DNA of 64,000 nucleotides, taken from positions 94,674,001 through 94,738,000 of the forward strand of contig OX597820.1 of NCBI GenBank assembly GCA_951406725.2, in the 5' to 3' direction. Both the position numbers and the translations under genes were made by a program. The notes under the pieces are model-generated. The model was given only the letters and a program-made list of their open reading frames with translations. It had not been told where the DNA came from and made no database searches. The stretch is from Octopus vulgaris (taxonomy: Eukaryota). Below, one piece after another: positions 53,459 through 64,000 of this stretch (positions are counted from its first letter, which is position 1; each line of letters starts with the position of its first letter).

Positions 53459-53714
53459 ATGTCTTCTACTAAAAACAAAAAGAATTTATAGCTTCATGTT
53501 TTCTTCGAAATCCACTATTCCAAAAAATGAATCATTTCATGTTCTCTCGAAAGTTTATAAAATTCTTGTGAAATCAAGAAAATAATTTTCATTTTTAACC
53601 TCGTATATAGCACGCACTAGGGATTTTGACATTTAAATTATACTCGAGGATTTACGGTATGCCTATATTTTTCTAGGAATACATCATTTCTGCGAGTCTT
53701 TTGTTTATTCACAA

Positions 53715-55280
53715 GTTGGTTCCCCAAAACATGTTGCTCTTTCTCTAAATCTCCTTTTGATGCACCGCCTTTTCTCTTTCTCTCATCAACTATTTCTTCG
53801 CCCAAGCTTTTGTATGCGTATTCATACTTCTACTTATTTTAGTTCTGGACTGCGATTTTGCTGACGCATCGCCTTCTGATTTTAAATCGGTTTGCGTCTT
53901 ATAGTTTACTGTTTATGAAGTAACTATTCAGCTTTAGTTAATTTGGGTCGCAACTGAACAAGATAGACGACTCATAACAAATGCGTGTTGAGTACTTTCG
54001 TATCTTACACAAGTCTTCATCTGAAAATGACCATATATTTTTAAAAACAACTTTTTCGGAGGCTTGTTCTGCAGTGGCTGTGAATTTAATAACTTTTTGG
54101 TTTAGTAAATGGCACTTATACAATGTACTTACTTCAGTTTTTAACACATGGTCTCAGACCCAGCCATTTGTTAGACAAAGACAACTTCGAAAAACTCTTA
54201 TGCTAAATTTTAACTCCTCAGCTTTGTGGTCACGTATGTATGTATGTATGTATGTATGTATGTATGTATGTATGTATGTATGTATGTATGTATGTATGTA
54301 TGTATGTATGTATAAAAGTCATCAATGACTATGGCGTTGCGCCTAGAGAGTTACCCCCATCCCCGAGACACAAGTACATGCAAGTTTGTTAATGGAAGAC
54401 CAGAAGTTTCCCATGCATACAAGCCACCCCTTTCCACGCTACCAATGTTGTCCAAGGGAAAGGCAAAGGCCGATACAGCTTGGCACCAGTGACATTGCAA
54501 CTCATTTCTACATCTCAGTGAACTGGAGCAACATCAAATAAAGTGTCTTGATCACAAACATAACACACAGCCCAGTCCGGGATTTGAACTCATTACCTCA
54601 TGATTGTGAACTTCACGCACTAACCACTGAAACTTGCTTGAGTCTTTGCTTATAGGAGATAGGCCCTAACATGCAGTTTCAATGACTATTAGTTATCGTA
54701 ACTCAGAAAGCCGCTTGTTTTCGTGGGATTAACGTATGACTGACTTTATTTATTAACATTTCTTGCTTGGTTACGTCATGTATCACAAGAAAGCTATATT
54801 GGCAGACACGTTAGCGCGCCGGGCGAAATGTTTAGCGGTATTTCGTCTGTCGTGACGTTCTGAGTTCAATTTCCGCCCAGGTCGACTTTGCCTTTCATCC
54901 TTTCAGGGTCGATAAATAAAGTGCCAGTTTCGCACTGGGGTCGATGTAATCGACTTAATCCCTTTGTCTGTCCTTGTTTGTCCCCTCTATGTTTAGCCCC
55001 TTGTGGGAAATAAAAGAAATATATATTATTAAAGGAGTAAGATTTTCAGAAACAAACATACATGCATATATATATACGTGTATATGAGTATGTGTGTGTG
55101 TGTGTGTGTATGTTTGTGTACATACATGCATATACACATATGTATATAAATGCATCTGTGTCAGTGCACACGCGAGCGCACACACACACATACTTGTGAG
55201 CACGTCGCTACAAAACAAGGTGGAGAAAATTGAACTCGAATACCAAAAGTTATGTGAAATGGTATTTTTTTAAGGTGAAA
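53715..55280. repeat. Old duplicated block, copy B (paralog of 30995-32290)
   Basis: Collinear with copy A; carries an extra SINE at ~54800-55020. Confidence 0.85.
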
Positions 55281-55286
55281 CTTACA

Positions 55287-55347
<61 letters not shown>

Positions 55348-55568
55348 TCAATATAGGGTGGCAAAAAAAATTTTGTAGAATTCTTTTGCCACCAGCGGCC
55401 TAGTGGGAAAAAATTAAATAGTCATAAACCATTTTTAAGTTCAACATCACAATCAAGGAACGGCCATAATAGGCCATTCACCCACTAGAAATAACAGCCA
55501 AAAGCTTTAACCGCAAAATAACATCAATTCCGTAAACCAGGAGAAAATTAAAAAACATTTACCCTGTA

Positions 55569-55675
55569 ATTTCTTAGACGATGCACCGTTTCATCTACCG
55601 TTTAATGGTAAACTAACCTGATTAAATTAAATCAAGCCAATCCACCATAGGCCCTTAGACTCATCAGTAAGAAAT
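55569..55675 (-). ncRNA. Hammerhead ribozyme, copy 1
   Basis: Reverse complement of 56236-56342. Confidence 0.8.
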
Positions 55676-56060
55676 AGCCAAGTCGGAACAGATATTTTTC
55701 ACGAGGCATTCCTCTTGCTACCTCGGCAATATCTGACCTAAAATTTTCAAATCGTCGCACTCGCGCCAAATTTATCGGCAGCAAATAAATATAAGCCACC
55801 GATTCCATTACGGAACTAACCAGAAAATTCATAATTAATCAATATAGGGTGGCAAAAAAAAATTTTGTAGAATTCTTTTGCCACCAGCGGCCTAGTGGGA
55901 AAAAATTAAATAGTCATAAACCATTTTTAAGTTCAACATCACAATCAAGGAACGGCCATAATAGGCCATTCACCCACTAGAAATAACAGCCAAAAGCTTT
56001 AACCGCAAAATAACATCAATTCCGTAAACCAGGAGAAAATTAAAAAACATTTACCCTGTA

Positions 56061-56167
56061 ATTTCTTAGACGATGCACCGTTTCATCTACCGTTTAATGG
56101 TAAACTAACCTGATTAAATTAAATCAAGCCAATCCACCATAGGCCCTTAGACTCATCAGTAAGAAAT
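56061..56167 (-). ncRNA. Hammerhead ribozyme, copy 2
   Basis: Reverse complement of 56236-56342. Confidence 0.8.
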
Positions 56168-56235
56168 AGCCAAGTCGGAACAGATATTTTTCACGATATT
56201 TATGCCTCGTGAAAAATATCTGTTCCGACTTGGCT

Positions 56236-56342
56236 ATTTCTTACTGATGAGTCTAAGGGCCTATGGTGGATTGGCTTGATTTAATTTAATCAGGTTAGTT
56301 TACCATTAAACGGTAGATGAAACGGTGCATCGTCTAAGAAAT
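56236..56342 (+). ncRNA. Hammerhead ribozyme, copy 3, with 58-nt loop II
   Basis: ATTTCTTA-CTGATGA-GTCTA-(58 nt)-TAGAT-GAAA-CGGTGCATCG-TC-TAAGAAAT; 8-bp stem I, GUC site. Confidence 0.8.
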
Positions 56343-56410
56343 TACAGGGTAAATATATATTTTGCGGTTAAAGCTTTTGGTTGTTATATATATATGCGTT
56401 CCTTGATTTG

Positions 56411-56476
<66 letters not shown>

Positions 56477-56495
56477 ACTTACGTACGCATGTATG

Positions 56496-56526
<31 letters not shown>

Positions 56527-56831
56527 GTATGTGTGTACGTGTATATGTATGTACGTACGTACGTATGTATGTACTTACGTACGTATGTATGTATGTATGC
56601 ATGTATGTATGCATGCATGTATGTATGTATGTACTTACGTACGCATGTATGTATGTATATGTATGTAAGTATGTGTGTACGTGTATATGTACGTACGTAC
56701 GTATGTACGTATCCTTATTCTATTGATTTCTTTTGCCGAGCAGCTAGCTTACGGGGACGTAAACTCATCAACACCGGTTGTCAAGCGGTGATGGGGGTAG
56801 AGACAAACACACGCACACAAACATACACACA

Positions 56832-56897
<66 letters not shown>

Positions 56898-57539
56898 TCT
56901 GTTTGTTTATATATATCACGGAGGAGGCACCGTTAATCAAAAAGTTAACATCGTTTATCGTTAATCCGTTAACCAAAAAGTTAATCGTTAATCCGTTAAT
57001 TCTTTGAAAATGTAACCGAAGTTAAGGTTAATCCGTTAACGCTAACGTTTATTGAAAAAGGCATATCTGCAGTTTAATACTCCACGGATTTTGTTGCCTC
57101 ATAACTTCCAAAAAAATACATACTTTTTAACGAAACTTTCACCAAATAATCGCTTACATCCTGCAGATTGAGTGTATGTAACGATTTGATGGACAAATGC
57201 TTTCCAAGAGGTTGGAGAGAGGAGTTTCAGAAAATTCACAGGACCCGACATTTCTCCCGGCCCCCTAACTTTCTAGAAAATAGGTATTTCTTTAAGGAAA
57301 TTTTATACAAATACCTTTCAAACGATGTAGACTACGATTACACAGAAATCTGTAGGCAAAATGTTTGGAAGAGGGCTGGGGGTAGAGTTTCTGGAAAATG
57401 GAGTTTCGGATCAGACGGCCCACATAAGTTCTCATTACGCCGTTTTGACGGTGATTTTTTTCCCATGTTTTTCACCAAACTCTTCGGAATGATAGGGGGA
57501 AGGGGCATCTTTTCACGCAAAAAAGAAAAAATTTGAACA

Positions 57540-57905
57540 TTTTGGGGGAGGGGGATAGTCGATTACATCAACCCCAGTACTCGAAGCTACTTTTTCCATC
57601 GACCTCGAAAGGGTGAAAGACAAAGTTGACCTCGGCGGAATTTGAACTCAGAGCGTAGCGAAGGGCAAAATACCTATTTCTTTACTACCCACAAGGGGCT
57701 AAACACAGAGAGGACAAACAAGGACAGACAAACGGATTAAGTCGATTACATCGAATCCAATGCATAACTGGTACTTAATTTATCGACCCCGAAAGGATGA
57801 AAAGCAAAGTCGACCTCGGCGGAATTTGAATTCAGAACGTAACGGTAGACGAAATGCGGCTACGCATTTCGCCCGGCGTGCTAACGTTTCTGCCAGCTCG
57901 CCTTT
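57540..57905 (-). mobile_element. Two adjacent SINEs of the GGCGAGCTGGCAGAA family (other copies near 21760-22205, 22715, 26035, 28274, 54800, 63860)
   Basis: Head GAGCTGGCAGAAACGTTAGCACGCC..TTCAAATTCCGCCGAGGTCGACTTTGC.TTTCATCCTTTCGGGGTCGATAAATTAAGTACC. Confidence 0.8.
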
Positions 57906-58369
57906 GCTTATGCTTTGTGTACGTCCGAATTTGCATTCGATGCTGCCGACGATTTGCAAACATTGCAATACAAGGGAAATAACCATTGTTATTATTATTA
58001 TACCCAACTAATTACGTCCCTTGAGTCAGTTGATGATTCTTTTCTCATTTTTCGTTTGTTTTTTTTTTTTGTATTCGGAATATCGTCTGCCATCTTTTTT
58101 TCACACAACGAATATAGCTGGTATATTAATACTATACTATATTCGATTGAATTATTTCTAAGATTCCTAACATTCAGTATGACACCATTTGGATGCCATT
58201 AATACAAATTATTCTATTAAAAGAAATATTTTGTCAGAGCCCAGTATAGCCACAGATTCCTAACCACATTGTTCCATGTTCAGATCCACAGCATGGCAGC
58301 TTTTACTATAGCACCAGAACGTATGTATGTATGTATCCATGCATACATGTATCTATGTATGTAATTGTT

Positions 58370-60067
58370 CAGTTTTATTTCAAAATTGCTTGGCAATAGA
58401 GAAAGAGTAGGTTTCTAACTTAGATCCAAAGCTCCTTCATTGGAATCACAACATCAACATGGTATTTTTGTTTGTTTGTATGTATGTATGTATGTATGTA
58501 TGTATGTATGTTAAACCTCTGCCACCTTGTTTACGTTTTAGGTAGAGGCGGTCTACATCGCTGTTTATTTTGTGAAAAAAAAAACGGAGGAGGCAGACGA
58601 AGTCCATGAAAGAAATCACTCAGGTCCTACAAAATGTAAAGAATATTTAATTCATCAGAGTTATGACCCTTGTATTTGGGATTTAGAGAAAAAAAAAGTC
58701 CACCCTAGTGACTCCATGATGTCCTTTTTTTTTTTTTGTTGTATTTTTCAAACCACATTGGTGTCCAGAGGGCAGCTGATATCCACAACAAAACATATGT
58801 GGCCCCACACAACAATATCTAGCCGGTTGTATTTTAAATTGGTGACTGTTTTAATTTTTAACTTCCACCAATATTCTTTCGATACGTTGGTGACAATAAA
58901 GTCAACTTTGTCTATGGTGTTTTCTTTTTTGTTATCTTGCACCAGATGGTTCTAACCACTGCATCATGCCTCACGAGAAAGTATCTGAAAGACATTCTGT
59001 CGTAAAGTATACTAGCCATCTCAATATGGCTAACCACTAAGGGTGGGTGTTACCGTAGCTTGTAGCCCCAGGGGATCATCGTCTCCAGCTGGCTTTAGGC
59101 ATACTTTCTGTGCCCTTATGGTATTTGCAAAGGGAGGTCATCCCTCTCTGGTAAACCTAAGTGATACGCACGGACTGCAGTTTCGAGGTATTTGCCTCTT
59201 GTCAACGTACGGCAATCACCGGTTTTCGTTGAGGGGGATCTGTTTGCAAATATTTATATAATGTTTTTCCCAGTAACTTCCGTCACTGATTTCGAAAAAC
59301 TGTCTGCAAGCAATAATAAATCTCTGAACGAGATGTAAACAGTAACCGCTCGACAACGTAAAGTATACTAGACATCTCAATATGGCTAACCACTAAGGGT
59401 GGGTGTTACTGTAGCTTTTAGCCCCAGGAGATCATCGTTATCAATAATGTGGTTGGTGTCTTCAGTTTTGGTTTTGCACAGCCTACATTTGCTGTCTGTC
59501 AATGTTTTCTGCCTTTTATAGTGCAGGCTCTTGGTGCGGATCTCTTGTTCATGAATTACATGAGTGGGATGTCATAAATTTGTCAGTATTTCATACCAAG
59601 TTTTTGACATGATCAATTCCTACTGTGATTTGTGTTTTTCGTGCCAAGTACCCGTGTACAATCTTCTCGCTGGTTTATTCTCCTGCGCGCGTAAGCGAAA
59701 GCAAGGCATTGTAATCACTCACTTTGTCTGTTTGTGTGTTTGCATAATTACAGGAAAACGGCTGAATGGATTTTCACCAAATTTGGCAGAAATACTCACT
59801 GGCTGAGCGGCTCGAAATGATGAACGATAGATTTGATTATCTTGAAAAAAAAAAATTTTTTTTAATAAATAAAAATTTCTTAAATCGAACTTATAAATTT
59901 CCCGATAAACAAGTGGTCATATTATTTTGTTCACTTTCTGTTTTGACCCTCGTCGGCATGTGCATAGATCATGGTCTACCTATGCGCATAGACACGTGTG
60001 GGTACATACGTACATATATAATACATACATACGTACCATACCATACCATACCATACATACATATACG

Positions 60068-60102
<35 letters not shown>

Positions 60103-60264
60103 ATGTACAGTGATGGATTCGAGGGTTTCATATCTATTATTTTGATACTTAAAAAAAAATGAATTCGGTTTATTTAAAAAGCAAGGGTAAGCAATTAATT
60201 GTAAACCACACTCTAATTTGCGAAAAAATTATCCGCGCGTAGGATGAGCATCACCCCTCTGAAG

Positions 60265-60328
<64 letters not shown>

Positions 60329-61232
60329 CTTCTGATAAATAGATTTTACCAGTGCTCCACAGGTGGGGGGGATCTGTATCAGCTCTTATTTCATATCACT
60401 CCTCAAATTTACTACTCGTCTCTCTCTTCTGTTGCAGATGTTATTTTGGTATTACAATACGTGCTTCATGTGACATCAATACAGATCTGAGACCATGGCT
60501 ACCATCATTGCGTGGGAAGTAAATCCTATCTACAACTCCACTGATGTTGATGTTTCCTCTAACACTGAGCAGATGGCAAGCTTAAACATCTATTTCACTG
60601 AGTTCTTGTGATGACCAGTTCAGAAAGCCAAACATAGGTGTAAAGACAGGACCTACAAAAGTGTGTGGGCAATATGCCTGTTGCAAGCTGTGGATTCTAA
60701 TGACCGTATTTATTTTCCTGCAGTATTCATTCCTGGTCCTTATTTATGGGTACGTCATATCTGACATTCCCATTTCGTCCAAGATACCTATGATTATCAC
60801 CTGACTGTATAGGTTGTATTTTCCGGCCGTTCGTTTTTAAGTTTCAGAGGAGGCACATCTTTTCCATCAAATTTGACATATTGTCCATGTTTGGACTCGT
60901 CAAATTTCAATCCAATATCTGTAGAAAATTAGGTAACGAGGTTATTTTTTTATGTCGTTGATATTTGGCTTATTCAGTTTCGAGTTGTCAACAAAGAAAA
61001 GATAGGACGTACTACTGGATCCATTTCTATGGCCACTATATTTTCTGAGAAAATATGATAGTGGGCTTAATGAGAAATAGAGAGCAAAACTAAGAAGATA
61101 TCACCTTGAAAGTTGTATGTTCAGTTTTATTTCAAGGTTTCTTGCCAATAGAAAAAGAGCCGGTTTCTAACCTTGATTCAAGGCTCCTTCATTGGAATTT
61201 CAACATCAGCAACAGGGTATTTTTGTTTGTTC

Positions 61233-61263
<31 letters not shown>

Positions 61264-62560
61264 TGTATGTATGTATGTATGTATGTATGTATGTATGCAT
61301 GCATGTATGTATATGAGCAGATTTGTATGTATGTACGTATGTATGTATTCTCATGCATATAAAGACATGCTCACATATGTGTATGTATGCTCATATATAT
61401 GTATGTATGTTTGCTCATATATATGTATGTATGTATGTATATATTCTCATGTATATATAGACATGTTCATGTATATTTAAATTATAAACTCCTGGAAAGT
61501 TTTACAGATTTTTACAGTTCCAGTGATGGATTGGATCTGTAGTCTTCGAATTAGCTTACTTGTTTCTGGTTTTGAGAAGCCTAATTTCTCAAGATTGATA
61601 TTTAGGCAGTGTGTTACATATCCCACAACCCCAATAATTACAGGTGTAAGTTTGAACTTGATTTCTCAATAGTTCAGTATAGGTGTTCTCTTTTTCACTG
61701 ACCTCCGGCTTTATGTTAACATCCGCTGGTCAGCAAATTTGCACAACAGTGCATAGTTTCTCTTCTCTATCCCAAATCATTATATCAGGTCTGTTGTGCT
61801 TACATAGTACACCTTTTCATTATGAGTGGCTTTGGCTTCTACCATATAGTGGGTTTTATTTCTTTATCCTTGGCGTTAATCTTCCCGAAGGATTTCCTTA
61901 TAGAATGTCCTAGCTACAGCATCATGTCTCATTGCTAGATTATACCATAATGACATTTTCGGACAACTACTTATGATGTGGGTGATATCTTCGATGTTAA
62001 CTCCACAAAGTCTGCATCGGCTGTCACATTTTACAGCTTTTCCTGCGTCTCTATCCCTTTTGTGCATCAGGTACTTGGTTGATATTTCCTGTTCCTGGAT
62101 TGCAAACGCATACCCTTCAAAGTGGGAGGTAGTAATCCGGCTATTCGTCCATAATCAACTGCTTTCATGATCGATGTTAGTATCATCCCGGAGCTTTCTA
62201 CTAACATATCCATGCGTAGTTTGCTCGTCCTTTCATCTGATGATATGTTGCAGTAGAGTCGTGCGACTTCTTTGGGCTTGTATTCTAGGTTATCAGACAA
62301 AGAATGTTGCTCAAGGAGCTGCCTTCCAAGTTTTATGATGTTATCAGCCTCATGTATGCAAACTTCGACACTTGGTAGTTAAATGATGTTGTCTAGGGAA
62401 TATGATATGACATTCAAAGGCATTTTGGATCGATGTTAAACCTCTACCGCCCTGTTTTCGCTTTAGGTAGAAGTGGCCTACAACACTGTTTAAGTAGAAT
62501 TTATGTATGCTTATTAGTATTTTTCAGGTTTTCACATCAATGACTCGGATCTCATCAAGC
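58370..62560 (-). mobile_element. Cluster of fragmented RLE-type (R4/Dong-like) LINEs associated with (CATA)n
   Basis: GGRGL, IQEQEISTKY, CRLCGVNIEDITHIISSCPKM..RHDAVA, NRLDIVVW..VDISCP, TPVIIGVVG; repeated 3' UTR next to (TATG)n. Confidence 0.78.
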
Positions 62561-64000
62561 AGGTCATGATGCATGATGAAGAAAAATTGCAGGCGATTTT
62601 CGATGTCCATTCTTTGCTTATAATGAAAGCTAACAGGGCAAGAAACATTGGAATGAGCGAGAGAATTTGAATAGGCGAGAGAAATTTTAAAAGGAGAGCG
62701 TTTAGTCGCTATGGGAGGGGCAAGGAAAAATTATATTAGAAATAGGCTGTACATGAAAAGTTCTGGAAAGGGATGAAATTGGCGGACCCCAAAAGCTTGG
62801 CTCCGAAACGGGATCAACTATATCCTGGTTGACAAATTTAGCATACTGCAAGACGTCTCAGTCGTAGCGCCATTCAACAACATCGATCACTATTTGCTAC
62901 AGACAACATTCGTCATCGATAGGAAGTCAGAGAAAGTAGCATTGCACATCTCTATGAAGAACCAATGAATCAAGATCTTCGACGTGACGCAATTACAGGA
63001 TACTTGATTGGTGCTTATTTTATTGACCCGAGAATTATGAAATTAAGAAGTTGACTTGGACAGGATTAGAACTTAGGTTAGAAAGAGCCGTGATAAATAT
63101 TAGTTACAAATTTTGCCAGCAAGTTTGAGGCAAGGAGCAAGTCAATGTAATTGACTTACTCCCTCTCATAAAATTGCTGGCAAAATTTGACTTTCTTTCG
63201 GAGTCAATAAGTATCAGCTGAGCACTGGTGTAATCGGCTTACCCACTCACCCTGTTCACTGGAGAATGTTTTGAGAACTTTGTACGTAGAATCAGAATAG
63301 GTTTGATGCAAGCTCTTTACTTTATAAAGAGTAAGAGTAACATCATCTGTGTAAAAGCGGTATTGAAGGTGATTAGAGTGCAAGGGACATAATCGGTTGT
63401 CAGGAAATGAAATTATGCGTCAGAAACTGTAGATTTCAGCTGTCGCTGTCGTGTGTGAGGATGTCAATCAATTTTATTCTATAATCTAATTCTATGTTAT
63501 TTTAATTAACACGAAAAATATTTTTATTGTTGTGGTTTATGGGTTTGTTTGTTCTTTTTTTTTTTGGTAGCGCTATTCTCCTACAACTTTTATCATTTTC
63601 TAAATTTGAATAAATATTATTACTTTTCCGATATATCACGATGGAGTACCAAAAAAGAAAAAAAAAGCAGGGAATTTATCTGACAACCTTATAGTAATTT
63701 TAAAACGTGATGCTATAAATATGAAATGTGTATTTAAAGTGTTTTGGAGAAGCTGCACGATTTGCAAGGGAGGTAATTCTGAACAATTGTCTGAAAATTT
63801 GAAAACGAATATAATTTGCAATAATAAAGTTTTCTGGTGTAACCATAAAGTTTACATGAATGGAGTGGGTTAGTCGATGCCCTCAACAAGTATTTCACAA
63901 GTAATTTATTTTACCGACCTCGAAAGGATGAAAATCAAAGCTGACCTCAGCAGGATTTGAGCACAACGTAAAGGGACAGAACAAATTTTGTCCGATTGCC

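Larger units (their letters stand above)
55341..56353. mobile_element. Penelope-type pLTR array: ~492-bp direct repeat, truncated second copy and inverted partial copy
   Basis: 55341-55831 repeats at 55832-56196 and is then partly inverted at ~56207-56353; lies between (TA)n tracts. Confidence 0.85.

Noticed and set aside
53095-53491. Plus-strand ORFs of 125 and 99 aa
   Set aside because: Non-ATG or weak starts, run into microsatellite, no motifs; splice signals favour the minus strand.
56920-57540. GTTAA(C/T)-rich short repeats and a 122-aa ORF
   Set aside because: Probably subterminal repeats of a DNA transposon; no matching other end or transposase motif seen.

Overview
AT-rich, microsatellite- and transposon-dense animal genomic DNA. 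The SINE families and repeat landscape look like an octopus (inference). Almost all ORFs in the supplied track are microsatellite or transposon artefacts. The main discovery is a minus-strand micro-exon gene that no ORF finder shows. A signal-peptide exon (21089-21044, MKTIYLLIVVVAIVS+T|GTGAGT) is followed by a chain of symmetric phase-1 micro-exons of 30 or 21 nt. Each micro-exon sits at the same position in one unit of the 1.2-2.3 kb tandem array filling positions 1 to ~12,200. The spliced product reads MKTIYLLIVVVAIVSCVTSTNG/LPNDTGPLPGSAKAPANNIQATGTNAT(ATATNIK)... and probably continues off the left edge. It looks like a secreted Thr/Ala/Asn-rich glycoprotein that grows by intron+exon duplication. 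Its exons differ only at amino-acid-changing positions while neighbouring introns are nearly identical, which recalls schistosome micro-exon genes. The rest of the window holds a decayed Penelope-like element and at least eight hammerhead-ribozyme motifs (two families with very long stem II). It also holds a 4-kb palindrome, nested Gypsy/RTE and Tx1/CR1 insertions, R4/Dong-like and Tx1 LINEs sorted by microsatellite type, MITEs, SINEs and an old ~1.3-1.6 kb duplicated block.
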